DNA of 64,000 bases from Candidatus Abawacabacteria bacterium. GTDB taxonomy: Bacteria > Patescibacteriota > Gracilibacteria > RBG-16-42-10. Of the stretch, positions 17,879-27,235 are shown piece after piece. The notes under the pieces are model-generated. The model worked only from the letters and a program-made list of their open reading frames with translations, did no database searches and was not told where the DNA came from. Every line of letters begins with the position of its first letter. Position 1 is the first letter of the stretch. The stretch spans positions 1,964 through 65,963 of the forward strand of contig JACQZO010000007.1 in the NCBI GenBank assembly GCA_016207805.1, given 5' to 3'. A program made the position numbers and the translations under genes.

Positions 17879-18985
17879 TTAGAATTTGATTTTTTTGTGT
17901 CTCATGATGATGCTCTGCAAAAAGCCAAGGCCTATAAATGAGGTTATTAGGTGACTACCGCCATAACTGACAAAAGAAAGCGGCACTCCAGTAACGGGTA
18001 ATAAGCCCATATTCATGCCGATATTCTCTACCATATGAAAGAAAAACATGCCGAGAAAACCTGTGGCCATCAATTTACCAAAGGCGTCTTGAGCGATCAT
18101 GGCGACGCGAATAGTACGGAAAAGAAACAGCACAAAAAGTAGTATCAGTATCGTGGCTCCCAAAAAGCCCATTGATTCAGCAATATTAGCAAAAATGAAA
18201 TCAGATTCTTTGACCGGCAAATAATTTAATTGTGCTTGCCAGCCTCTACCGACACCTGCCCCCAAGGCTTTACCTGAACCAATGGCAATAATTGCTTGAT
18301 CTACCTGATAGCCAGCATCACGATGATTTAATGAGCGCAAAAGTAAATGATCAGGATATACTGCTAAGCGCTGAAATTGATAACTATCTTGGCCGACGAC
18401 TTTTAGCAAAGCGACAAAAGAAATAGCAGCAATTAGCGTGCCAAAAAGTAAAAAGTAAATAATCTGCTTCCAAGGTAAATTAAGTGCCAAAACAATAATT
18501 AGCCATATGGTAACAAAACTCAATGCGGTACCAAGATCAGGTTGCAATAATACTAAAAAAAGTACTGGGATAAGGAGTATTAAGGAGACCACGACATCTT
18601 TCAGAGTATGAAATGTCTTTTTGCTCCAAAACCGTGCCAAAGCTAAAATAAAAGGAATCTTTACTAACTCAGATGGTTGTAATTGAACAAAGCCCAAATC
18701 AAACCAACCTCGAGTACCATTGCGCACGACTCCAAACACTAATACCGACACTAATACTAATAAGCCTACTACATACAGTATATAAGCTGGCATCCTGAGC
18801 GTTCGGTATTCCGTTCGGCTAATATACAAGCTAAGTCCAATACTAGGCAGTAAAAATATCGTTTGCCTAAATGCTGTACTTGCTAAAAGATTTTGTTGGC
18901 TATCACCAGCTACTAAAACAACTAGCCCAAATAAACTGAGTACAACTGCACTGTAGAAAAGCCACCAGTCAAACTCGCGCCACAT
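17879..18985 (-). CDS. FtsW/RodA/SpoVE (SEDS) family peptidoglycan glycosyltransferase
   Basis: About 10 TM helices. SEDS motifs QPSELVKI, LQPDLGTA, SDFIFANIAESMGF, GVPLSFVSYGGS. Confidence 0.85.
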   Translation of the reverse strand: MWREFDWWLFYSAVVLSLFGLVVLVAGDSQQNLLASTAFRQTIFLLPSIGLSLYISRTEYRTLRMPAYILYVVGLLVLVSVLVFGVVRNGTRGWFDLGFVQLQPSELVKIPFILALARFWSKKTFHTLKDVVVSLILLIPVLFLVLLQPDLGTALSFVTIWLIIVLALNLPWKQIIYFLLFGTLIAAISFVALLKVVGQDSYQFQRLAVYPDHLLLRSLNHRDAGYQVDQAIIAIGSGKALGAGVGRGWQAQLNYLPVKESDFIFANIAESMGFLGATILILLFVLFLFRTIRVAMIAQDAFGKLMATGFLGMFFFHMVENIGMNMGLLPVTGVPLSFVSYGGSHLITSFIGLGFLQSIIMRHKKIKF

Positions 18986-18991
18986 TATGCT

Positions 18992-19357
18992 TTAAGCAGC
19001 TACATTTGTCTCCACCTCATCCTTCAAACGTGCAGCCCGGCCCACTAAACCACGCATATAATACAACTTAGCTCGGCGTACTTTGGAAGATTTTACTACC
19101 TCGATCTTCTCAATCTTATTGGAAATCAAAGGGAAAATACGTTCTACACCTACTCCAGAAGCAATTTTTCGTACAGTAATAGTGGTCTGAACAATTTTTT
19201 TATTATGCTTAGCGATGACCAAGCCTTCAAAAATCTGCACCCGTTCCTTTTTGCCCTCAACAATCTTTTGATAGACTTTAACTACATCACCAACATTAAT
19301 TGCTGGCATAGTTGGCGAAACAATATTTTTAGTAATGAAATCAAATACCTTGGACAT
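18992..19357 (-). CDS. rplS: 50S ribosomal protein L19
   Basis: [30 protein letters not shown]...[17 protein letters not shown]...[11 protein letters not shown]. Confidence 0.92.
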   Translation of the reverse strand: MSKVFDFITKNIVSPTMPAINVGDVVKVYQKIVEGKKERVQIFEGLVIAKHNKKIVQTTITVRKIASGVGVERIFPLISNKIEKIEVVKSSKVRRAKLYYMRGLVGRAARLKDEVETNVAA

Positions 19358-19359
19358 AG

Positions 19360-19391
19360 AAATTACGAATTACAAATTACGAATTACGAAT
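19360..19391. repeat. heptanucleotide array (AAATTAC GAATTAC AAATTAC GAATTAC GAAT)
   Basis: Direct reading. It abuts the rplS start codon (19355-19357) with only 2 nt between. Confidence 0.9.
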
Positions 19392-19442
19392 GGATAAGAG
19401 TTTATGCCATACGCAGGAGGGATTCTAACGACTTGCTCTTAA

Positions 19443-20021
19443 TTAATCAAGATTCTGCAAAATATCTTGTACTTTCGCTTCATCAGCTTGTTTTGCTTCT
19501 TGTTTTTGCGCAACTACTGACGGATCCTTTAGGGCTGCTTGCGATGCTTCATATTTCTTTTGCACTTCAGCCATTTTGGCATTGTGTTCTTTGTGGAGTT
19601 CAGCAAAGCGCACCTGTTCACTTTCAAATACCTGCAGCAACTGATCTATTTGTGCTTGAGTGATTTGACCAATTGCTATATCCAAGAAATAGATCTTCTC
19701 TGCATAGGTAAGCGAGTATGATCCTGCTACTAATTCCAATAAACGCTTAGTATCGTATTTCAGATTATTCGCAGCGATGGCATGATTTACTAAAGCTGCA
19801 TGTTTGGCTTTGGTTTCTTCATCAGAGAAAATAGACAAACACTCATCATCTCGAGGGTCTTGGCTTTTGCCTACTGGAAATAATGGAGCCATTGGATCTG
19901 GCACAGGCGGATTGCTACCGGTATTAGTAGTACCAGGAACATTGACGCCAAAATCATTTCCTTGCCCGGTAGAACCTGATTGATCTGATGGTGGCGGAAC
20001 AGGATTGTTAGTATCAAACAT
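19443..20021 (-). CDS. hypothetical protein with Pro/Gly/Thr-rich N-terminus and helical C-terminus
   Basis: ORF 19443-20075, start trimmed to the ATG at 20019-20021 (MFDTNN). It lies immediately downstream of the T4CP-like ATPase. Confidence 0.5.
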   Translation of the reverse strand: MFDTNNPVPPPSDQSGSTGQGNDFGVNVPGTTNTGSNPPVPDPMAPLFPVGKSQDPRDDECLSIFSDEETKAKHAALVNHAIAANNLKYDTKRLLELVAGSYSLTYAEKIYFLDIAIGQITQAQIDQLLQVFESEQVRFAELHKEHNAKMAEVQKKYEASQAALKDPSVVAQKQEAKQADEAKVQDILQNLD

Positions 20022-20064
20022 AAGTAAAGCAAAAAAGTCGTCACTATTTAAGCATAAAACAGCT

Positions 20065-22476
20065 TTATGCACCAATTCTTGCTAGAATTTCTTGATTTAC
20101 GAAGTCCTTGCGGACTCCATACTTTAGGCGTGAAAGCTCTTTAACGGCTTGTGCAATACGAGGATTACCCTTACCGCTAATTTCCCAAGGTTTGATAACA
20201 TTAAGGGTGAAGGGACGAGTTGGTTTGTTATTGACGCATAGCTTGAGAGCAGCCTTGAAGTCACCAATGTTCAGCAAGTCTTGTTCACTAAATACGGGGG
20301 CCATTTCTTTACCAATAACTTCAGCACTATCGACACCAATTTTGTAGGAGAGAATAGTACCCACATTACCAAAGACAGCATCACGAATTTTGGTGTCGTT
20401 TTTGTTACGAATCAGTTGGGGAATAAATTGATGGGCCATAATCAAACCTAAGCGATATTTACGTGCTTCAGAAAGAATAGTCTCGATACTATCGGTAACG
20501 AAGTTTTGGAATTCATCAATATAGAGAAAAAAATCTGTTTTTGGCCCGCTTACCCTTCTCATTGCCGCCACTTGCAGTTTGGCAACAATAATCATACCAA
20601 GAAGATTGGCATTAAAATCCCCCACCATTCCTTTACAAAGATTAACCAGGAGGATTTTTTTGTTATTCATCACATCAGAGAAATCAAAGGCAGATTTAGT
20701 CTGGCCGAGAATATTGCGCATCAAAGTGTTGGTGATAAAGGCACCAAATTTAGCGGCGAAGTAAGGAATCATTTCTTGCTTTTCTCGAGCACCAGTCATA
20801 GCCATTTGTTTTGTCCAGAAAGACTTTACAATGGGATTTTGCACCTTTGCTGATTTGAAAGATTGCCAAGTGTCATCGGTGAAAAGACGGACAATGTCCG
20901 TGATACAGCCACCTTCTGGGTCATCCATCAGGGTAAGACAACCATTGCGAAAATAATCTTGCAAACGGGGAGAGAATATTTCTTCCCCATAGAGCTTGAT
21001 CATGATATTGAGAGCTTCAGTGGAGATAAAATCTTTTTCTTCAGGAGTAGTAGCCTCCAAGATATTTAAGCCCATTGGCCGATCGGTGTCGCCTGGATTG
21101 AAATAAATCACGTCTTGCACCCGAGATTTAGGAATAAACGGCAAAATATCCTCAATAAGTTCACCGTGTGGGTCAATTACACATAATCCATTACCAAGCT
21201 GCAAATCTTGGCGAATCATGGTTTGTAATATGGTTGATTTACCAGTACCGGTTTGCCCAATGACGTAAAAATGACGGAAACGATCAGAGTGCTGAATGCG
21301 TACTTCCTTAATCTCACCACGGTAGACATTGTAGCCCAATAGCACACCATCTTTAGGTAGTTCAGCTGGTGCGGGAGCGATGCGGAATGACTGCCAAAAT
21401 AAAGCAGGGCTAGAATTGAAGCGCGTATTTGGTAAATGAAAAATACTAGCCACTTCCTCAGTATTAACTATTAATTGATTTCTTTTACCTGGTTGTAATT
21501 GGCGTAGTAAAAAATAACGTTCAATATCTTTCTTGGCCAAATACTTCTTACTTACTAGACGATTGAGATCAGGACTAGAAAACTGATTCAAAGCAGTCAA
21601 AATGTTTTTCATTTGCAGCTTGGCATTGATTTCTGTGGTGCTGGTAATCACAATGCGTAAACTAGCTGAGAAAGCGGTTTTATTTACTTTGCCTTCAATT
21701 AACTTTACTTTTTCTTCTTCGCGGGGAGTTAATCTCTTGGGCTCACTTTTGCTACTGCTAGTGCTGATACTGGTAAAGAAATGCCACAATGCTTTAAGTG
21801 GACTAAATACGGTAAAGTTTCCGGGCAATGGCTTGCCTTGAAATAAATCTTTAGCTACTTTCTTACCCTTTTTGGCGCGTCTTTTATTTGGCACACTAAC
21901 GGTGAGTTGTAGGCTAGCTAAATCACTTTCACCTAATTTGCTGAAAGCATTAATTACGGCATTCAATGGATCTGATTCCAATTGGCTATAAGTCCTCAGT
22001 GGTAAATAGTGAGGTTCTTTGAATACTAGTAAAGTACTCTCAGTTGCCATTCCCTTTTGGAAAAGTGGATACTCCGGCAAAGTGTCTATTGAAGCGTCAG
22101 GATAATAAGAAGTGATTTGTTTCTCTACTATGGTTTCTAAACCACGAGGCACTGCAATATAAAAGTACATGAGTTGTTTACTGGCTACCCACTCAAAAGA
22201 AAGTGTTTCCGGATATTGCCAGACTTGATACCATTTATGTTTGAGCAAACTACTAAGATTTACTAGTAACTGCTCCATAATACTGACACTTTCTTTGAAG
22301 TCCTTTTCTTTGTCCTTACTTCTTTCTTGTTCTTTGGCATCCTCTACTCGCGGTACAGTGACACGCAAAAATACTAACTTTAAAGCAAATTTGACGGCAT
22401 GATACTGGCGTAAAAAATGCAGCAAGACTGCAAGGAAGATGATCGCAAGTCCAGTACTAATGAAGAGATATGGCAT
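20065..22476 (-). CDS. membrane-anchored TraD/VirD4 (type IV coupling protein)-like P-loop NTPase
   Basis: N-terminal TM helix. Walker A GQTGTGKST, Walker B FFLYIDEFQNF, then ARKYRLGLIMAHQ. This arrangement is typical of T4CP/DUF87-type ATPases. Confidence 0.7.
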   Translation of the reverse strand: MPYLFISTGLAIIFLAVLLHFLRQYHAVKFALKLVFLRVTVPRVEDAKEQERSKDKEKDFKESVSIMEQLLVNLSSLLKHKWYQVWQYPETLSFEWVASKQLMYFYIAVPRGLETIVEKQITSYYPDASIDTLPEYPLFQKGMATESTLLVFKEPHYLPLRTYSQLESDPLNAVINAFSKLGESDLASLQLTVSVPNKRRAKKGKKVAKDLFQGKPLPGNFTVFSPLKALWHFFTSISTSSSKSEPKRLTPREEEKVKLIEGKVNKTAFSASLRIVITSTTEINAKLQMKNILTALNQFSSPDLNRLVSKKYLAKKDIERYFLLRQLQPGKRNQLIVNTEEVASIFHLPNTRFNSSPALFWQSFRIAPAPAELPKDGVLLGYNVYRGEIKEVRIQHSDRFRHFYVIGQTGTGKSTILQTMIRQDLQLGNGLCVIDPHGELIEDILPFIPKSRVQDVIYFNPGDTDRPMGLNILEATTPEEKDFISTEALNIMIKLYGEEIFSPRLQDYFRNGCLTLMDDPEGGCITDIVRLFTDDTWQSFKSAKVQNPIVKSFWTKQMAMTGAREKQEMIPYFAAKFGAFITNTLMRNILGQTKSAFDFSDVMNNKKILLVNLCKGMVGDFNANLLGMIIVAKLQVAAMRRVSGPKTDFFLYIDEFQNFVTDSIETILSEARKYRLGLIMAHQFIPQLIRNKNDTKIRDAVFGNVGTILSYKIGVDSAEVIGKEMAPVFSEQDLLNIGDFKAALKLCVNNKPTRPFTLNVIKPWEISGKGNPRIAQAVKELSRLKYGVRKDFVNQEILARIGA

Positions 22477-22529
22477 GAAACGAAAAATACGCTACATTTA
22501 TATTGTAAACTACCTTTATCTCCAAGTAC

Positions 22530-22865
22530 ATGAAGATGACACATCGTGATGAAGCTTTTGTCTGTCAAAATTGTCATAATCCAGTAGCCAAAAGAGGTGG
22601 CGGATACTGTCGTAACCATTGCCCCATATGTCTACATTCACTGCATGTAGATTTGCAAGTACCAGGTGATAGGCAAAGTACATGCCAAGGAATCATGGTC
22701 CCGGTAGATGTGATTTACAATACGCATAAAACAGTTTTCCAAATCATCCATCAATGCCAGACCTGTAAATATAAACATGCCGTAAGCATTGCCAAGGATG
22801 ATAATCAGGAACTTGTTCTGAAAGTTACTCGTGCCAGCGCGGAACGGAAGATGATGGACATCTAA
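22530..22865 (+). CDS. RNHCP domain-containing zinc-ribbon protein
   Basis: CQNCHNPV...GGGYCRNHCPICLHSLHVD contains the eponymous RNHCP motif. A second CxxC (CQTC) is present. Confidence 0.7.
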   Translation: MKMTHRDEAFVCQNCHNPVAKRGGGYCRNHCPICLHSLHVDLQVPGDRQSTCQGIMVPVDVIYNTHKTVFQIIHQCQTCKYKHAVSIAKDDNQELVLKVTRASAERKMMDI

Positions 22866-22866
22866 G

Positions 22867-22901
22867 TAGAGCTAAGAGCGAAGAGCTGAGAGCTAAGAGT
22901 G
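22867..22901. repeat. 7-nt periodic array (TAGAGCT AAGAGCG AAGAGCT GAGAGCT AAGAGTG)
   Basis: Direct reading. It fills the spacer between the convergent stops at 22865 and 22906. Confidence 0.85.
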
Positions 22902-22905
22902 CGGC

Positions 22906-24036
22906 TCAATATCTGTAGGTGGCTAGGATGGGCTCTTGGAAGTCTTCTTGGATATGTACTTGGCCATTATTTTTGATGGTTTCTATGGTGGCTAGATTGA
23001 TTAGCTCATGATCGTATGGCAATGGCTTTCGATGCAGATCTACTGACATGGTTTCAGGGTCAAACTTGCCCCATAGTTCACTTTCACCATTGATGAGCAT
23101 CTCGTGTATGCGGCCACTATGAGCAGCAACTAAAATAGCTTCAGGCGCTATCGATCCCTTACCATTGGCAATTAGACTGGCGTATTTGTTAGCAACAGTA
23201 TCGGCATTGATAGTGAACGTTTCAGCCAAGAGCTGATAGCCTTCTTGAGCTAATTCTTTGTCTGATTTGAGATCAGCATTGCCGATAATCGCTTTATCCA
23301 GATAATAGGGATAATGACTCAATTGGCGGTAGCGACTGAGATGCCGTTCGGTACCAGCTAAGATGACGAAGTTTTTATTGGAGAGAAATAACTTTTGGAT
23401 AGCTTTGTCAATCATGCGAAAGAAAAGGGTAATATCATTTTTACCTTCATCTTTTTGGCCGCCATGACCATGAACAAAACCAGCACGACCATAGTTGGCA
23501 TTACCATGAGTTTGTAAATGTTCTTCGAGAGCAACGTACTGAAACTCTTCTTCTAAGGAATGAGGGACATCTTTTAAAAAGATACTTTCTCCTTGACCAT
23601 GGGAACAATAAACTAAGTGGGCATTCGCAAGACTGAGAGCCAAAATATAAAAGTCCTTTTCATACAGGGTAGCTTTTAATAGGGGGATAATGTAAAAGGC
23701 ATTATCGACAGTTACTTTGTTTGTCACTTCATAGGGCAGAAAGTAATAAGAAAAATGATTGCTGGAGGCAAAAATAGCAACGCCTTTTTGTGCTTTTTGC
23801 CAGAATGAACCATTCGTGAGCAATGTTTTGGCTTTAGATAGAATACGATTACTAGCTTTGGGCTCCAACCCTCGTTCCGCTAATTGTCTCTCTGCTTCAT
23901 GCATTAAATTCTTCCATTGAATAATTTCTTTACTGCTACCTTGACCTGATGCACTGGCAGTGAAATAAAAAGAGACTCCTGGCTCCGGGGTGGCCTGAAT
24001 TAACTTTTGTAGAGCTGCCTGGGTAAGAATAGTCAT
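22906..24036 (-). CDS. hypothetical protein, possibly a bacterial archaeo-eukaryotic release-factor-like (baeRF) family member
   Basis: The N-terminal pattern L.KLI....EPGVSFYFTAS...KEIIQWKNLMHEAERQL and the later FYILALSLANAHLV match my recollection of baeRF family proteins. Not verified. Confidence 0.4.
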   Translation of the reverse strand: MTILTQAALQKLIQATPEPGVSFYFTASASGQGSSKEIIQWKNLMHEAERQLAERGLEPKASNRILSKAKTLLTNGSFWQKAQKGVAIFASSNHFSYYFLPYEVTNKVTVDNAFYIIPLLKATLYEKDFYILALSLANAHLVYCSHGQGESIFLKDVPHSLEEEFQYVALEEHLQTHGNANYGRAGFVHGHGGQKDEGKNDITLFFRMIDKAIQKLFLSNKNFVILAGTERHLSRYRQLSHYPYYLDKAIIGNADLKSDKELAQEGYQLLAETFTINADTVANKYASLIANGKGSIAPEAILVAAHSGRIHEMLINGESELWGKFDPETMSVDLHRKPLPYDHELINLATIETIKNNGQVHIQEDFQEPILATYRY

Positions 24037-24194
24037 AGAATTGAGAAGTTAAAGACTAATCCAACTTGATAACCAACCTTCAGTATACTGCGAATAAAAA
24101 TACTAAGAAAGCAATTATTGCTGGTGATCTATTTTTGTTGCCTTTTTGAGAAAACTTGTTCTCATTTAGGCATCCGTTACCACTGATTTTCTAG

Positions 24195-24515
24195 CTATGC
24201 TTGAGCAGTAATCTTTTTCTCTATTTGTTCCATTGTTTTCTGAAATTCTATTTCCAAATCAATATTTAGCTGCTTGGCTAAAACACAAATTGCCCATAAG
24301 CAATCAGAAAGTTCATGACCAAGCTTTTCTTCATAGTCTGGAATAGTGCGAAAGTTGTTTTTTGCCATGATCAGTTTAGTGAGATCCCCAACATCTCCTA
24401 CAAAGGCTTGTAAATACTCAGCCGCAGTCCAAGCAGGTCTACCGACTTGTTGATTCAATTGAATATACTGATTCATCACGGCGATTGCTCTATTTTGCAA
24501 TTGGCTGAATTCCAT
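24195..24515 (-). CDS. MazG-like nucleotide pyrophosphohydrolase family protein
   Basis: 106 aa all-helical protein. GDVGDL...ELSDCLWAICVLAKQLNIDLE is typical of small MazG/YpjD-type domains. Confidence 0.65.
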   Translation of the reverse strand: MEFSQLQNRAIAVMNQYIQLNQQVGRPAWTAAEYLQAFVGDVGDLTKLIMAKNNFRTIPDYEEKLGHELSDCLWAICVLAKQLNIDLEIEFQKTMEQIEKKITAQA

Positions 24516-24553
24516 AATAATAAATTAAAAATAATAGTGTGGTGCTCTGAACT

Positions 24554-25063
24554 TCATTGTGAATAGTTGAGATAATAATCTAATACGCCAAGCTGAAGGG
24601 TAAAAAACTTTTCGGGGGTATTGATCAACATTTCTCTTAAAGCATTTTTATTAATCCAACGAATATCTTTAACCTCATTTTCTTGAGGTACGGGTTCGCT
24701 ATCTTCTACTTCACAAAGGAAAACAAAGCCAATCCAAGGTTTACCACCTTTAATTTGTTGCTGACAACAAAATGGCATGAAAGCAAATGCAGCATCATCT
24801 TTGAAACTATATATTTTAGTTCTCATGTCAGGTTTTATTCTCGTTACTTTTAGACCAGTTTCTTCCAAGATCTCTCGTTTGAGAGCGCCGTAAATTTCCT
24901 GATATTGTTCAATTGCTCCAGCAGGTATTTCGAGAGTACCAGAATAAATCGGATCTTTTTCTGGCTTCCATCTTGTTTGAATAAGCACTTCTATCTCACC
25001 ATTACGCATGCGTTCGATAATTGCTGAGACTACCGGAATGTTTTTGTTGGTAATAATCTGCAT
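24554..25063 (-). CDS. NUDIX hydrolase
   Basis: NUDIX box GTLEIPAGAIEQYQEIYGALKREILEETGL (Gx5Ex7REUxEExGU). Confidence 0.85.
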   Translation of the reverse strand: MQIITNKNIPVVSAIIERMRNGEIEVLIQTRWKPEKDPIYSGTLEIPAGAIEQYQEIYGALKREILEETGLKVTRIKPDMRTKIYSFKDDAAFAFMPFCCQQQIKGGKPWIGFVFLCEVEDSEPVPQENEVKDIRWINKNALREMLINTPEKFFTLQLGVLDYYLNYSQ

Positions 25064-25197
25064 AAGAATTCTAAGTCAGTTATATTATTAACCTAACTTT
25101 TTTCGGTAGTAAAATTCTCAGATACCGGTTTTCACCTAGCCAAACTATGTGAGATACGCTACTCTCTGCCGCGATCTAATCTTGTTTGTTACTTCTT

Positions 25198-26658
25198 ATG
25201 GCCCAGGAAACTATTGTTAGCTTCGATACAGTATCGTTTGAATTTGAAAATGAGCATCAAATCTTAGTTGAGGCGAGCTTTTCTGTGCGTCGTGGTAGTA
25301 AGATCACCATTATGGGGCAAAATGGTGCGGGGAAAAGTACTATATTCAAGTTAATTTGTAGTAATTATCGACCAAATGAGGGGATGGTGAATATTGTCCC
25401 TGGTCTTACTATTGCGATTGCTCCTCAAGTCACTCCTCTTGAGGATCGTGATTTAACCGTGAAAGCTTTTTTTGAAAAATACTTACATGAGAAAGCTTAT
25501 GATATTGATAGAAGGATTGATGATGTTTTGGCGGTAGTGAACCTTCATGCTCCACATGATCGCATCATTAAATCTTTTTCTGGGGGCCAACAAGCTCGAT
25601 TACTCTTAGCTTCAGCATTGATCCAAGATCCTGATCTTCTGTTGTTGGATGAGCCTACTAATAATCTCGATCATGCTGGTATTGATCATCTTACTGACTT
25701 TATTATCAATTATCCTAAAACCTGCATTGTTATTTCTCATGATGCCGATTTTTTGAATGCGTTCACTGACGGAGTTTTGTACTTGGATGTATTTACCAAA
25801 CAAGTAGAACAATATGTCGGTAACTATTTTGATGTAGTACAGCAAATTGAAGTTCGTAAACAAAAAGAAAATAGTAAAAATGCCCAATTAGCTAAAGGCA
25901 TTCAAGAAAAACGCGACAAGGCTAATGTCTTTGCTCATAAAGGTGGCAAGATGCGTGCTGTAGCAAAACGTATGCGCAAAGTAGCTGATGAATTAGAAGA
26001 TGATATTGTCGAAGTTCGCAAAGAAGATAAAACTATTCGTAGCTTCATTATCCCCTGCCAAGAAGATTTGGCCGGCGAAATTGTTAAAATTAATGCCTTT
26101 ACCATTATTCAAGACCATAAGCCGATAGTAAAAAAGGCTTCTCTAGTAGTACGCAAAAATCAGCATTTACTACTGACTGGACCCAATGGGATTGGTAAAA
26201 GTACTTTGTTAGAAAACCTAGCAACAGGAAAGGCTAAAGATGCCATTATTGGTGCCAACGTGCGCGTAGGATATTATCGCCAAGACTTCTCTACCTTAAA
26301 CTTTGCTCATACTGTTCATCAGTCCTTAATGGAAGCGCTAGAATCATCCGCAGGAAAGCCAATTGAAGAGCATTTACGTTCTACCGCTGCTGGTTTTCTC
26401 ATTACCTCAGCGATTATCAATAGTAAAATAGGAACTTTGTCTGAAGGTCAAAAGGGGCTAGTATCTTTTGCTAGATTGGTTTTACAAAGACCTGGTTTGT
26501 TAATTTTAGATGAGCCTACCAATCATATTAATTTCCGCCATTTACCAGTGATTGCCCAGGCTTTAGATGAATATACCGGTGCGATGATTTTAGTTTCTCA
26601 TGTGCCCGACTTCGTCGCTCAGATACGTATTGATGATGAGCTAGATTTAACTAAATAA
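25198..26658 (+). CDS. ABC-F family ATPase (two ABC domains, no TMD)
   Basis: First domain: GQNGAGKST / FSGGQQARL / LLLDEPTNNLD. Charged linker. Second domain: GPNGIGKST / LSEGQKG / LILDEPTNHI. ATG at 25198. Confidence 0.85.
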   Translation: MAQETIVSFDTVSFEFENEHQILVEASFSVRRGSKITIMGQNGAGKSTIFKLICSNYRPNEGMVNIVPGLTIAIAPQVTPLEDRDLTVKAFFEKYLHEKAYDIDRRIDDVLAVVNLHAPHDRIIKSFSGGQQARLLLASALIQDPDLLLLDEPTNNLDHAGIDHLTDFIINYPKTCIVISHDADFLNAFTDGVLYLDVFTKQVEQYVGNYFDVVQQIEVRKQKENSKNAQLAKGIQEKRDKANVFAHKGGKMRAVAKRMRKVADELEDDIVEVRKEDKTIRSFIIPCQEDLAGEIVKINAFTIIQDHKPIVKKASLVVRKNQHLLLTGPNGIGKSTLLENLATGKAKDAIIGANVRVGYYRQDFSTLNFAHTVHQSLMEALESSAGKPIEEHLRSTAAGFLITSAIINSKIGTLSEGQKGLVSFARLVLQRPGLLILDEPTNHINFRHLPVIAQALDEYTGAMILVSHVPDFVAQIRIDDELDLTK

Positions 26659-26709
26659 GGGAAGCAGCTTCAGCAGGTGTTTCCTCTTAGATATTGAGTG
26701 CCAAATTGG

Positions 26710-27144
26710 CTATTCGCAGAGCTCTTTTAACTTTTCTAGTGCTTTGGGCCAAGCGGCCACCATATCCTTTTCAAAGTCTGCCGTCACTTGCATCTCAACT
26801 TTTACCTTAGTAACACCATTTTGTTCAGTAAAGGTATAATTTTCCAATGCTGGCGCCCAGGCTTTCACTGCTTCACTTTCGGTATCTTCTACACCATCCT
26901 GAATAAAACCAAGATGTCTGATGGAAATGAATTCATAAGGTTTACTTTCCGCAATTTCGGCAATCATGCCACTTTTCTCGGGACCGAGGAATTTTATTTT
27001 TGTTCCCTTATCCCAAGAGCCTTCATAGTAGGAGCCAGGCATAAAAGGCTCAGTCCAAACTTTGTATGAATCTGGTGCCAACATAGTATGCCAAACTTTT
27101 TCTTTGGGGGCATTGATAGTAACTGAAAATTCCAGAGTTTTCAT
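26710..27144 (-). CDS. SRPBCC (AHSA1/START-like) domain protein
   Basis: MKTLEFSVTINAPKEKVWHTMLAPDSYKVWT is the typical SRPBCC N-terminus. 144 aa. Confidence 0.65.
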   Translation of the reverse strand: MKTLEFSVTINAPKEKVWHTMLAPDSYKVWTEPFMPGSYYEGSWDKGTKIKFLGPEKSGMIAEIAESKPYEFISIRHLGFIQDGVEDTESEAVKAWAPALENYTFTEQNGVTKVKVEMQVTADFEKDMVAAWPKALEKLKELCE

Positions 27145-27235
27145 GGCAGAAACTTAATGATCAAATCATTAATAATGCTGGATACAGCTTTTGTCTAGAT
27201 TGAATTGCTGCTATTGATATGGCAGAAAAACACTA

